NCBI GenBank assembly: GCA_963662465.1
Contig: OY759599.1
Coordinates: 4,416,001-4,480,000, forward strand
Length of the DNA: 64,000 nucleotides
Direction: 5' to 3'
Source of the DNA: Desulfatiglandales bacterium
GTDB taxonomy: Bacteria > Desulfobacterota > DSM-4660 > Desulfatiglandales > Desulfatiglandaceae
Under the pieces are notes generated by a model. That model searched no databases. It was given only the letters and a program-made list of their open reading frames with translations, and was not told the DNA's origin. The translations under genes and the position numbers were made by a program. Shown here piece by piece: positions 41,632 through 53,017 of this stretch. Position 1 is the stretch's first letter. The number at the start of each line of letters is the position of its first letter.

Positions 41632-42021
41632 ACCATGTTACGGACTCAAGGCGTGGTGGAAAAGCTTAAAAGAATGGAAACCCTTGCAAGAACCCATCGT
41701 CTTTGCTTCTTGAGAAACAGTCCGTAAACCTCCCCAATGCGCGTTGGAAGGTAATCCTAATCCCAGCATTATACGTTCCTACGGCAACACCGGGGTCAAA
41801 CCCGTGAGGCGGGAAGTGCAAACAAACGGTGCCATTTAATTTAGCGTGCATACTGGTTCTTTTTGATAAAAATACAGGGTAACCGTTCACGGTTTACGGT
41901 TGCCGGTTTACGGTTGAAAAAGAGAGGATAACGGAAGAGTATGGGGGTCCTCTTGTGAAGATTTAAAAAATTGCGGTTATCAATCCCAACATAATTCCGC
42001 ATCCTTCATTACCCCATTTAT

Positions 42022-42262
42022 GTGGAAGATGAATTGCGTCTCGGGATACCGGTCACCACCATCATTCAGATCGTGGTCTTTGGGTATGCCGCCACCTTCG
42101 ACCTCGAACGGATGCCCTCGATCTCAAATTCACCCGCAATCTTTTGTTGCGCCGTCCCACGTCGATTCAGGTCATCGTCTGCTCTGGCCATAGTACTGAC
42201 CCATGATGCTGATCGGGCTTATTACCCTGACTTTTGCGGGCATTTTGTTCCGGCATCACCTT
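42022..42262 (+). pseudogene. Collapsed remnant of a ybhG...ybhR-type operon
   Basis: DELRLGIPVT (YbhG end) is joined to IQIVVFGYAATFDL (YbhR start) and a YbhR-like C-terminal piece; compare the intact operon at 20750-25917. Confidence 0.7.
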
Positions 42263-43259
42263 TACTGAGAAGAATGTTTATCTGAAGTACACTCTGAAAT
42301 GCCCATGAATGCAGGATACACCCCATTGCTTTCACATGGAAAACCCCATAGACTCAATTCCGTAAACATTAAGGAGGCGCACCCATTTTCATAGAAGGAG
42401 CTTGCCCATGCAACAACAAACCATCATACGATCTCCAGTGGGACCCATGGCCTGGGAGTTCCGGGCAGGGTCTCAGGAAAACCCATATCCGGATTTTCGA
42501 AATTTCAGCGTACCAGACCCGAAACTACCCGAAATCCGATTAACGCTCCCCCTACCCATCCCCATAAACGACGAGGCTTGCCGCCTTTCGCGGTACGGGT
42601 ATCTCCAGACATTCCCCAATCGGAATCCAATGTACGGTTCGGGCCTGACCGGTTTTTAAAAGACTTTGGCTTGTTGGGAGAGCCACAATTTTATACACAC
42701 AAGAGAAGATCCGCAGTTTGACGGTAGAATTTGGGAGCAGTCCGCAACAAAATCCAGATCAGAGGAGGAGCACCATGGAAGATATGGAAGGATACCGAAC
42801 CCAAATCGAAGCGCAAATGACCGATTTTAACGAAAATCTTGAACAGGTCATTGCCAAAGCAAAGGAGAAGAAAAATACCCATTCACAGGTTCATGTCCAA
42901 AATCTTCTGAAAAAATAGGAAGATTTGTCCTTTGTGCATTGTTTTATCATCAATCCCAAATCCGGTTCCATATATCAATAATCAATGAACTGTTACGGCA
43001 TTCTCCCATAAATACGCTTTCACCCGGAAATTGAAATGGGTTGTATCCAGTATTTCTGATCCGGGAATGGAGTATTGCCTGAAAAAGCCAATTTTTCTTT
43101 AAGAGTTCACATGTTACCATTTTTTCAACCATAGCAGTCGGGATTTTTATGTGGAGTTTTTAGCCCTTAAAATACTCTCGCCACCCCATTGCATCTCAAT
43201 ATCCTCTTTTGATAATATCAAACTGGATAAAGAAAACATTTTCGACAGGAGGTCAGTTC

Positions 43260-43877
43260 ATGAAAATTTTGATTGTCTATTACTCCATGTACGGCCATGT
43301 ATTTCAAATGGCCCGGGCCGTGGAAAAAGGGGTTCAGTCTGTTGCGGATGCGGAGGTGCAGCTCAGACGGGTTGAGGAATTCCCGGAAAACATGGCGCAC
43401 ATCCGCGAGAGCGATCATGCCCGTCCGGTGTGGGAGGAACAGGAAAAAATTCCCGTATGCTCCCTGGATGATTTGCGGACGGCCGATGGTATTCTGTTCG
43501 GAACCCCCACCCGTTTTGGAAACATGGCCGCGCAAATGAAGCGGTTCATCGACTCCACGGCCCAACTCTGGCTTGAAGGCGCCCTGGAAAGCAAACCGGC
43601 CGGCATTTTTACCTCGACGGCCACGGCACACGGCGGACAAGAGACTACAGCGCTAACGTTCATGGTCCCCCTGCTCCATCTGGGAATGCTCATCGTGGGA
43701 GTCCCCTACTCCACCCCCGGCATGCTTCACACGGAAGGCCGCGGCGGCACCCCTTACGGGGCTTCCACCCTGGCCGGTTCCCAAAACCAATTGAACCCTG
43801 CCCCGGAGGATCTGGAAATCGCCACTGCCCAGGGTCGGAGGGTGGCCCTCATCGCTTCAAAACTCAAAACGGACTAA
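43260..43877 (+). CDS. wrbA: NAD(P)H:quinone oxidoreductase WrbA
   Basis: YYSMYGH, GTPTRFGNM, HGGQETT, GGTPYGAST. Confidence 0.95.
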   Translation: MKILIVYYSMYGHVFQMARAVEKGVQSVADAEVQLRRVEEFPENMAHIRESDHARPVWEEQEKIPVCSLDDLRTADGILFGTPTRFGNMAAQMKRFIDSTAQLWLEGALESKPAGIFTSTATAHGGQETTALTFMVPLLHLGMLIVGVPYSTPGMLHTEGRGGTPYGASTLAGSQNQLNPAPEDLEIATAQGRRVALIASKLKTD

Positions 43878-44244
43878 AACGGTCGGACGCCGTTTTAGAT
43901 GAACCCTTAAGAACGCTACGGATGGGTCAGGAGCCCCTTGCCTGACCTTATCCGCGCGGTCGTCGCCAATCAAAATAGTTCCGGAATTGGCCAACAGATC
44001 CACTTCCGTGACGTCACCGGAAATCAATTCGTTAAGCCGGATACGATAATAAAAGGGCAGATCATGTATTTTCGAGGCAGAAAACCCCCGGCACAAATGA
44101 TCCGCTTCTATTTCCGGCTCGCCAAAGCACAACAGAATTTGTAACCATTTACGGGTTCAAAGGTCCGGACCGATGATGCCAACTATGACCGAGAGATGTT
44201 ATACAAGCCTGCGAATGCACACACTGAGAACCTTCCAGCGGGTC

Positions 44245-45363
44245 TCACCAAGGCCTGCGCTGAACCCGTGAACGGTTACGTGCGGACTCAACCCATTCGA
44301 TTTCTCGAGAAATGGAATCGGTCACCATCTCGCAGCGAAGTTCGGCGGGCAATACCGCCCAGGTATAAGTTTCCACTTCCATGGGGGTCCCATCGGGAAA
44401 AAGGGGAAGGATCCGATCGAGGAAAAACCGGGTGGTGCCACACTCCGTTGTGGCCCCGAGAAACACCGGGACATGGAAATGGACCCGCCACTCCTCCACG
44501 TTATCCGGGGCGGCCGCAATGGCCTGATCAAGGTCGGCAAAGCGCAGCAACTCTCCCGCTTTCGTTTTGGCTACCGTCTGATGCAGATAACATGATTCGC
44601 AAAATCGGCTGAGCCGCCCGATATCAGGATGTGTCAGGCGAAGGGCCGAAGAGACCTGAACATGACCGATCCTGATCTCGTGGGCGGCAAGCTGATGTAA
44701 CGATTCGGCCGGATCTTCATACTGAAGGGCCTGGTGGCAGCAGTCATAGCAAACCGCCAGCAGGGAACGCTGAGACGGGGACAACTCGAGGCGGCTGAAA
44801 AAGGCGATCACATCAGCGGTCGTTTCGAGCAGGCAACCCGGTTCCGGTTCCAAAGAGAGCAGAATCTCCTTGCCGCTTTTCCGGCGTAACGCCTCCAGAT
44901 AATCAAGCGCAGACACAAGATGTTTTTTAATCTCAGGGAAATCCTCTTCGCTGAGGCTTGTACGAAAACCGCCGGGCACCGTAGAAATGGAACCCGTCAT
45001 TCCGTCGGGCAACCACTGCTCCAGCAGTGTAGCAACCTTTTTGGTGTAAGCGAGACGTTTCGGATAACGCCAGTCCGGCAGATAAACGGATTGTTTGACC
45101 GGGGTATGGTGGAACATTCCGAAAGGAAAGGCGTTAATGGTAGCCACATAGATATTATTGCCCCGGCACCAGCCATAAAATTCATCCGCATCTCGTTCGC
45201 TCATCTCTTCAGCTGCTCTTCCGGAAAGGCGCAGTCCCAACGGAAACGGTACATCGGGGGAGACTCGCTCTTTGACGACCGGGACATGGCGACGGACTGC
45301 CAGGAAGATCTCCTGCCAACTTTCACCAGGATGGATGTTGGTGCAGTATGAGGTTGTTGCCAT
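44245..45363 (-). CDS. eboE: EboE-like xylose isomerase/TIM-barrel protein
   Basis: YCTNIHPGE, GLRLS, NAFPFG.FH..VK..VYLPDW, EPEPGC, WRVHFHVP, EVETYTW. Confidence 0.88.
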   Translation of the reverse strand: MATTSYCTNIHPGESWQEIFLAVRRHVPVVKERVSPDVPFPLGLRLSGRAAEEMSERDADEFYGWCRGNNIYVATINAFPFGMFHHTPVKQSVYLPDWRYPKRLAYTKKVATLLEQWLPDGMTGSISTVPGGFRTSLSEEDFPEIKKHLVSALDYLEALRRKSGKEILLSLEPEPGCLLETTADVIAFFSRLELSPSQRSLLAVCYDCCHQALQYEDPAESLHQLAAHEIRIGHVQVSSALRLTHPDIGRLSRFCESCYLHQTVAKTKAGELLRFADLDQAIAAAPDNVEEWRVHFHVPVFLGATTECGTTRFFLDRILPLFPDGTPMEVETYTWAVLPAELRCEMVTDSISREIEWVESARNRSRVQRRPW

Positions 45364-45517
45364 CAATTGCCCTCCGAGACCTTTGCAAAACGTACCCGCC
45401 GACGCATAACCCCAAAAACATTTTGACTCATGGAACGCCGACAAGTATCTTATATTAAAGTTTCAAATTTATGCAACAATTGGGAGCATCGGTTTCCGGA
45501 CCGAAAGAATTTATTTA

Positions 45518-45945
45518 ATGATCACAACAAACCTCATCTTGAACCTTCTTCTGATTCTCTCGGTGGCCTGGATCCTTGGCTCCATCTTTTCCCGTTTCAG
45601 CCTACCCGCCATGCTGGGTGAACTCCTGGCAGGGGTTATCCTGGGACCTCCCATCTTGGGTGTCGTTCTTTCCTCTGATGCGATCGAACTGTTGGCGGAA
45701 CTCGGGATATTTTTTGTCATGTTCCACTCAGGAATGGAAATGGACCCGAAGGAACTTCTGGAACACAAATGGCCTTCTTTAGGGGTGGCGCTGGGAGGAT
45801 TTGTAATTCCTTACACCATAGGCTTTCTGACAGCGAAGGCATTTGGCGCTACCCTCTTCCAGGCCCTGGTCATCGGCATGGGCGTCTCTGTTATGACCAT
45901 TGCCGTTCAAGTTGAACTCGTGATTGCCACGGTGGTTCTCAAAAA
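45518..45945 (+). pseudogene. Cation:proton antiporter (CPA2) N-terminal fragment
   Basis: LGELLAGVILGP, LAELGIFFVMFHSGME; only about 140 aa. Confidence 0.8.
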
Positions 45946-45975
45946 AACCAAACGAAACCATTGGAGGTCATTTAC

Positions 45976-46698
45976 ATGAAGGAATTCGAACTGGAAAAGC
46001 TGCGGAAGTTTGACGGAAAGGACGGTAAGCCCGCATACGTCGCCTGCAATGGCAAGGTTTACAATGTGAGTGACAGCAAACGCTGGCAGGGCGGTCTTCA
46101 CATGAACCGGCACCATGCCGGAAACAACCTGACCGCCGACATTCAGGCGGCGCCCCATGAACCGAGCGTGCTCGAAAGATATCCGCAAGTGGGGACTTTG
46201 AAAAAGGAAGAACAAACAGAGGGTCAACTGCCGCCGGCGCTTTCCCGGTTTCTGGAAAGAATGCCCTTTTTTAGAAGACACCCGCACCCCATGACCATTC
46301 ATTTTCCCATTGCCTTCACCTTTGCCACCCTTGCCTTCACCTTCCTTTATCTGATAACAAAAATAGAACAATTTGAAATCACGGCATTTTGTTGCCTGGG
46401 AACCGCCGTTTTCTTTACACCGATCGCTATTCTGACCGGCTTCTACACCTGGTGGGTGAACTACGGCGCCAAGTCCATTCGGCCGGTGAAGATCAAGCAA
46501 AAGCTCTCATTTCTCCTCCTTTTCATCGAAATCGGCCTCTTCATCTGGCGGTGGAAAAACCCGGTCCTTCTTCAATCCCTGGGATGGCAGACCCTCCTCT
46601 ACCTTCTCCTCGTTCTTTCCATGTTCTTTGTGGTGACCATGATCGGTTGGTTCGGCGCCAGTCTGACATTTCCCCTTGAAAAACCGAAAACCAGATAA
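45976..46698 (+). CDS. Cytochrome b5-like heme/steroid-binding domain fused to a DUF2231-like membrane domain
   Basis: FDGKDGKPAYVACNGKVYNVS...GLHMNRHHAG..LT, then HPHPMTIHFPIA. Confidence 0.85.
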   Translation: MKEFELEKLRKFDGKDGKPAYVACNGKVYNVSDSKRWQGGLHMNRHHAGNNLTADIQAAPHEPSVLERYPQVGTLKKEEQTEGQLPPALSRFLERMPFFRRHPHPMTIHFPIAFTFATLAFTFLYLITKIEQFEITAFCCLGTAVFFTPIAILTGFYTWWVNYGAKSIRPVKIKQKLSFLLLFIEIGLFIWRWKNPVLLQSLGWQTLLYLLLVLSMFFVVTMIGWFGASLTFPLEKPKTR

Positions 46699-46834
46699 GC
46701 TAATTTAAGGAAATACCGCCCATAAAGGATGCAAATACACCCTTTACCCCATTCCATTTAATTCGGAAATGCGGTATATTGCCATAGTAATTTTTGACAT
46801 TGGCAATGCATCTTATAGATAAGGAGGCAACACC

Positions 46835-47175
46835 ATGAAAAGAAAACTGTTTATCATTTTTTTGGCGATTCTTGTGGGAAACGTCCTTCCAATAATCACC
46901 AATTCTTATGGGGGGAGGTTGACCAGGGGAAAACCCTTTATGATTCCAAATGCGTGATCTGCCATGGGGCCGACGGAAAAGGGGACGGGCCGGCGGCGGC
47001 AGCTTTGAATCCCTCTCCCAGGAATTTTCAGGAGCCCCAGTTCTGGCAGGAAAATGCGAACCAGGACATTGCGGAAACCATCCGCAACGGTCTTTCCCCC
47101 ATGCCGGCCTTCGATTTGCCTGATGCTGAAACCAAGGCCATCATTGATTATATGAAACACACATTCAAGAAATAG
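46835..47175 (+). pseudogene. Monoheme cytochrome c, frameshifted at a G6 run (46910-46915)
   Basis: AGGAGG RBS and signal peptide MKRKLFIIFLAILV in one frame; CVICH...MPAF in another. Confidence 0.8.
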
Positions 47176-47269
47176 ATGAAGAAGACGATGGTGACCCATT
47201 TCTCTACAGCCCCGATCCCGTGTATGGAAACCGCACCGGAAGCCCCTGAGAGTGAAAGGGAAATGAACC

Positions 47270-47452
47270 ATGATCAATGAGTTCTACGACGTTCTCAACA
47301 GGCTGGGCTACCATCATCCTTTTCACCCAACGGAAGTGCATATACCCATCGGATTGGTTTCCGGCGCCCTTATTTTTAATGAAGAAATAAAGCGGAAACC
47401 GATTCCCTTTTCACAACCAATTATGGGGGACTTTTATTCGCAACTGTGTTAA
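47270..47452 (+). pseudogene. DUF2231-like N-terminal fragment
   Basis: GYHHPFHPTEVHIPIGL, after which similarity is lost. Confidence 0.5.
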
Positions 47453-47495
47453 GAATTGCAGCAATGGTTTCATCCCAATGCAGTCAAAATAACCG

Positions 47496-48437
47496 ATGAT
47501 GGATTTCTCTTCACAAAGACAGATCAGCGGCATATCACGGCTGGGGCTCTTTCTGGCCCTCTCCCGGACCCCCCACGCTTTGTTGGACATGACGACCCCC
47601 GGCCTGGCAGCGTTATTGTGGCTGGGTGCGTTTCCACCGCTTAAGGTGGTGTTGGTGGGACTCTTGACCGTTTTCGCCGGTTACAGTGCCGTTTACGCCT
47701 TAAACGATCTCGTTGATTACCGTTCCGATAAGAAGAAAATGGAAGAAGGTCTTTTTCAGGATACGGAGAATTACCTGGATGGCGCCATGGTACGGCATCC
47801 GGTGGCCCAGGGTTTGCTGAAGTTCCGGGAAGGACTCGGCTGGACTTTGGGATGGGCCCTGGTGGCGGTGGTGGGCGCGTTCATTTTGAACCCGACCTGT
47901 GTCGTGATTTTCATCGGCGGCTGCCTTCTGGAAGCCGTCTATTGCCTCATGTGGCGACTCAGCTGGACACGGACCATCGTCAGCGGCGGGGTCAAAACCT
48001 CGGGCGCTATTGCCGCCGTCTACGCGGTGGATCCAGAACCTTCCTTCGGCCTTTTGCTGATCCTCTTCTTGTGGCTCTTTTTCTGGGAAATCGGCGGGCA
48101 GAATATTCCCAACGATTGGGAGGATCTGGAGAGAGACAAACATCTTCGGGCCAAAACCGTTCCCGTCCGGTTCGGGCCTGAAATTTCGTCTCTGCTGGTC
48201 ATGTGCTGTCTCGTCACAACCCTGATCATGAGCGGTCTTCTTTTATGGGCGACGCCCTTTCCCCTTAACTGGCCGTTTTTAGTGAGTGTTTTCATGGTCG
48301 GCATCTATCTGCTCATACTCCCTGCCTACCAACTCTATCAGGCAAAAGACCGCCCAAAAGCCATCAACCTTTTCAACAAAGCCAGCTATTATCCCCCCGT
48401 ATTGTTCGTGGTAGTCGTGATTCAGTACCTACTGTAA
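47496..48437 (+). CDS. UbiA-family prenyltransferase
   Basis: YALNDLVDYRSD, NDWEDLERD, multi-TM. Confidence 0.88.
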   Translation: MMDFSSQRQISGISRLGLFLALSRTPHALLDMTTPGLAALLWLGAFPPLKVVLVGLLTVFAGYSAVYALNDLVDYRSDKKKMEEGLFQDTENYLDGAMVRHPVAQGLLKFREGLGWTLGWALVAVVGAFILNPTCVVIFIGGCLLEAVYCLMWRLSWTRTIVSGGVKTSGAIAAVYAVDPEPSFGLLLILFLWLFFWEIGGQNIPNDWEDLERDKHLRAKTVPVRFGPEISSLLVMCCLVTTLIMSGLLLWATPFPLNWPFLVSVFMVGIYLLILPAYQLYQAKDRPKAINLFNKASYYPPVLFVVVVIQYLL

Positions 48438-48517
48438 CACTCATTTAAACGGATTTTACGCGTTCGTACTGTTTCGGCCAGGGGACGTCCCCCCTCAGGC
48501 TTTGCGTCTTGCGGGTT

Positions 48518-48830
48518 TTATTTAAAAGGCTCCAGTCTCAGGGCAGCTTGTATTTTGTCCCGTTGCTCCGGATTTACGCGCGACTCATCCGCATAGTCCC
48601 ACCATCGCGCTACAACATCCCTCACTTCATCAATGATCGTTTTCGCACGTCCGCGCTTCATCGAAGCGCTATTTGCACACGCTTTGAAATCCTCCAGAGT
48701 AAATCCACTCCGCTTGCCATTCATCGTCATTTGATGACTCGATGTCCATTTTCCGCCTGGTTGATAGCTGTAGGTCATGTCGAACGCGGGTGAAAGTGAC
48801 CAGTTTCCCGACCGGTCCATCAGGAAGGCA
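48518..48830 (-). pseudogene. HipA-family kinase C-terminal fragment
   Basis: FLMDRSGNWSLSPAFDMTYSY...HQMTMNGKR. Confidence 0.8.
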
Positions 48831-48984
48831 AGGGAATCTTGGGAATCTTGGGGACGTTCGTCAGTTTATAAGTTACTCAAAAGCTTTCGGTTATTTCCCT
48901 TTAATTGAGTACTCTTCTATACTCCTCTTTACGAGTTTCGCGTGACATATAAACTTATAATCTGAAGTACCCCCACTCACCTTG

Positions 48985-49302
48985 TTATGCGCTTAACTTC
49001 TTTAACTCTGCTGCGTATGCCCCATACTCGCCCAGGTGGGCGAGCATCAGGCTCTTCCATAGTTTTCCATGGTTTGGAACAAAGGAGTGCAGCAACTCGT
49101 GGACGATGACATAGTCCCATAGCTCAGTTTTCAAGTCGAGCAGATCGGCGTTGAAGTTCAAGTGGCCGCTGGTGGAGCACGAGGCCCATTTGTTGCTCAT
49201 CGGCCACACCCCAAGCCAAACGACATCCACATCGAGCTTCTCCGCCCAATGCCGTACACGGCTCTTGAACGCTCGCTTCTGATTCATAGCCGCTACGGTC
49301 AT
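48985..49302 (-). CDS. M48/YgjP (DUF45) metallopeptidase associated with type I R-M
   Basis: KWASCS, DYVIVHELLH, NHGKLW. Confidence 0.85.
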   Translation of the reverse strand: MTVAAMNQKRAFKSRVRHWAEKLDVDVVWLGVWPMSNKWASCSTSGHLNFNADLLDLKTELWDYVIVHELLHSFVPNHGKLWKSLMLAHLGEYGAYAAELKKLSA

Positions 49303-51540
49303 ATCTTGTCCGCCTTCTCTAACAGCATGAACAGTTCTTCCACCATCGCCGTTACGCGATCCAGATCATCAATTTCTCCAAAGATTGCGAAGGTCACCTT
49401 CTTCCGCAGCTCGCGAAGTGAGTTCTCGCTCTTCTTCCAGTTCGGGAATTCTGCGAACGCCTTGCGAATCTTCCGGCTCAATTCCTCCGCATTCTCGATC
49501 TTCGCATCGATCAAACTGCGATAGACAAAGTAGGTCAGGCCATCGAACGCTTTTTCGGCCTGCTCCTTTTTCCGGGTTTCGTTGGATTCGACCTCGTTCA
49601 ACAGTTCTTCCAACGCTTCGGCGGTGGACTTCTGGCGTTGTTCGAAATTCTCCTGCACAGCCAACGCGCGCTCGGCCATTGCAATCAAAAACGGATCGTC
49701 GCTGTGCTCGTCGGCGAGTGTCTGGATACTCTTCACCAGGTTGATGACTTTGGTACTGTCGCCGCCTTTCTTCTTCTTGATCAACTCGACTGTGTCGGCG
49801 TTGATCTCAACTATTCCTCCGACCGGCTGCATGCCGTAACTACCCACCTGCTCCTGCACCAACAGGTTCGTCTTCTTCTGGAAATCTTTGTCGACGTAAA
49901 CGGTTTTCGTATAGGCCTTGCGAACAACGGCATAGATTCCTGACAACGTGCCGTAGTCAGCGATATACGGCCGCAGGAAGGCATCGGGCGAGATGATCTC
50001 GTAGAGCATCTCGATCTCCTTGTATTCCTTGAAAAACTCCTTGCGCCGCGCAGGATCGCGAAAGTGCTCGATGAGGGTATCGACGTCCTTGTCGTCGAAG
50101 TTGCGCTCAATCAGGCCCAGATACGCCGGCGCCTTGCTCTCCATCATATTTTTGAAGAGCACCTTCAGGAGCTTCAGGTCCTTGACGATGGCGTTGATCT
50201 CGTCGCTGTCGAAGGCAAGGGCCTTTTCCAGCTTGTCAAAGACGCCGACGAAATCCAAAACAAAGCCGTGGGGCTTGACCATCTCCCGGGCCTCGTTCTC
50301 GTAGGGGCGGTTCACCCGGGCGATGGCTTGCAACAGGGTGTGGCCCCGCATCGGCTTGTCGAGATACATGGCGTAGAGCACGGGCGCGTCAAAGCCGGTG
50401 AGCAGTTTCTCGGTGACGATGAGGATCTTCGGCTGCTGGTCGAGCTTGCCGAAGCTCTTGCGGATCTGCCGCTCCTTCTTCGGGTCGAGGTGGAATTCTT
50501 TCAGCAGGGCCGAGTCGTTGTTGCTGCCGGTGTAGACAACCTCGGAATACTCGGGCGGCAGGAATTGATCGAGGGCGTGCTTGTAGTGGGCGCAGGCTTC
50601 GCGGTCCACGCCGACGAGGAATGCCTTGTAGCCGAGCGGCTCGACGTTCTCACGGTAGTGTTCGGCGACGAACTGCGCCACCTTCCGTATCCGCTCCTTG
50701 CCCGTGAGGAAGTTTTTCAGGTTTACTGCCCGATCGAGGATCTTGTTCAGCTCCTCGATGTCGGCCACACCTTCGGCTTCGGCGAGGGAGAGGAATTCCG
50801 CATCCAGCGTCTCGTGCGGGACGAGCATTTCATTGGGGGCGAGCTGATAGTAGAGCGGCAGGGTGGTGCCGTCTTCGTGGATCATCGTCACGATGATGCC
50901 CCGGTAGTCGTTCTTCAGCAGCCGGTTGAGCCGGGCGATGCTGCCGGCGTGCTCCAGGTTGCCCAGGCCGAGCGCGGCCAGGTTCTTGAGCATCTGGTCT
51001 TCCAGCTCGTTGCGGTCGATCATCAGCAGGACGGTGGGCTTGTCCGCCTCGGGCGCGCGAAAGAGCCGTTCCGCCGCACCATGTTCCAGGTCACCCCGTA
51101 GGAAAAGCCGATGGCGTCGGTGGCGGTGAAGAGCTGCTGCGACACGAACAGCTCGGGCATCTCGCGGTGGTAGCGGCGGATCTGGTCCACCCCCAGAGCA
51201 ATCGCCTCGTCCTTGTTGGCGTTCTTGCACTCAATCACCAGCACCGGGATGCCGTTGATGAGAAAGACGACATCCTCCCGCGTGCCGTAGTGGCCGTTGT
51301 GAAAGGCCCACTCCTCGGTGACTTCAAAAACGTTCTTTGCCAGGTCGTCGTAAGCGATCAGGATCAGGTCGCGCTCGCGCTTCTCCTCGTGGTCGAAGAA
51401 TTTGCCCCGGCTGCGCAGGTGCTCGACGAATTCCCGGTTGCCGTAAATGTCGGTGTGGAGATGGCGGAGCTGCCCAGGCAACGCGCCCTCGGCCTCGGCA
51501 TAGCGCGGGTTGAATTCCCGCACCTTGGCATCGAGCAGAT
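49299..51540 (-). pseudogene. hsdR: Type I restriction subunit R, with internal deletions and frameshifts
   Basis: INGIPVLVIECKN nuclease motif, DRNELEDQ, LLTGFDAP.L..MYLDKP, LLQAIARVNR. The Walker A and DEAH regions are missing. Confidence 0.88.
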
Positions 51541-52759
51541 CGCGGATCTTCGCGGTCATCAGTTCATGAAGGAGCGTGCGGAAGAGGTCTTTGAGTGCGC
51601 CGAGTTTTCGTTGGTGCCCAGCATGCTTTTGATCAGCCGTATCAAGCACGGCAATGATTTCGGCCTGCTCGTTAGGCGGTGGAACAGGGACCAGTAGGGG
51701 CTTGAGCTTGATTTCTGGAAGGTGTGCGATCGTGGTTCTAGTTCCGGTCACGCCATAGGTGTTCGTAAGAAGGAACGCGAACATCATCCAGTGAACCATG
51801 AACTCGTTAGTGATTTGGTCAGTCTTCGGCCGCAGTCTGTGAAGAGCCTTCTGGTAATAGCAGTCGACGATGCTGCCATCCCAAAGTGCAGCGCGCCCTA
51901 CCTCTCCGCCTTCGCACACCATGAGATCACCTTTTCGCAATTGGAACTTCACTGCCTCGCGATCATTGAAGTCCATTCGAAGGAGATCTTCAGTTTCGAT
52001 TCGACCCCATTGAACGTTCTTGTTTCGCAGATAAAGCTTTGGTGAATCCCCAACCTTTGCTTTCTGGGAAAGCATCTTTCCAAGTTGTGTCTCGAAAAGA
52101 TCGCCAATGGGAAGAAGCTCCCAACTCTCAGGAACGGGGCCGATTTCGGTTTGTTTTTGGGGTTCGTTGCGGAGGCCTTCGGTGAAGAGCTTGTGCATGA
52201 GGGCCTTTTTCAGCTCGGTGGTGGTCTGAATGATCCGCTCCTGCGCTTCGATCGCCCGCTGCACCGTCGAAAGGATGTGCGAGATCTTCTTCTACTCGGG
52301 GAGTGGGGGGAGCGGGAGCTCGATGGCCCGAAAGTCCGATTTCTTGAAAAATCCTCGCGCCTGGTCTTCGCTCTCACCGAGAAGCTCGGGGACCTTGTAG
52401 CGCAAGAAAAAGAAAAAGAAATCACGGTCGAGTCCACCATTCGTCGGAACGACCCTCCACATGTTCTGATTCATCAGAGCCGGAAGAATGTGCGGGGGAA
52501 TCTGGCCGAGTTTGCCGCGGGTAGCACCCACCATCACGAAAAGAATATCTCCTTCTTCGAGGAGATACTGGGAGTGTGAATCCGTGAACTCCGCAGGTAG
52601 ATACTTCCTGTCATTAGAGATATTTACCGTTCCATCCCAGTTGATGTTGACGACACGGAAATTCAGGACGCCATCAGCGACATAGTCCTCGCTCTTGAAA
52701 GCGTAACCGTTCTTCAGATCGCAGAAGTTGCCAAGCGCTTTGTATTCCCAATCGATCAT
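51541..52759 (-). pseudogene. hsdS: Type I specificity subunit S with a premature stop at 52292-52294; 3' end fused to hsdR
   Basis: Two TRDs, PPLPE*KKISHIL, KKALMHKLFT, EIGPVPESWE, LFRTLLHELMTAKIR. Confidence 0.88.
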
Positions 52760-53017
52760 CGTTAGTTGGCTCCGATCTTCTCCAGAATCTCCTTCAAGGC
52801 TTTGTCCGTCTCCCTCGCCGGATGGCTGGTTTTCCAGCCCGCCATGAGGCTTTGCCGGGGACTGGAAAGTCCCCCCTCAGTTTCGCAGACAGGAATGTCC
52901 GCCCTCCTTTGCTGAACCTCTCTGGCGGTGACTCTGGCTGTCCGTCGACTGGTGGCGTGACTTGGGCCTCTTGGGCCTCGACTTGTCCGCTCACTTGTCC
53001 GGTAGCTACACTGTTCT

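Noticed and set aside
42775..42918. Short ORF with a strong AGGAGG RBS (MEDMEGYRTQIEAQ...)
   Set aside because: Probably a truncated coiled-coil protein; no family can be assigned.
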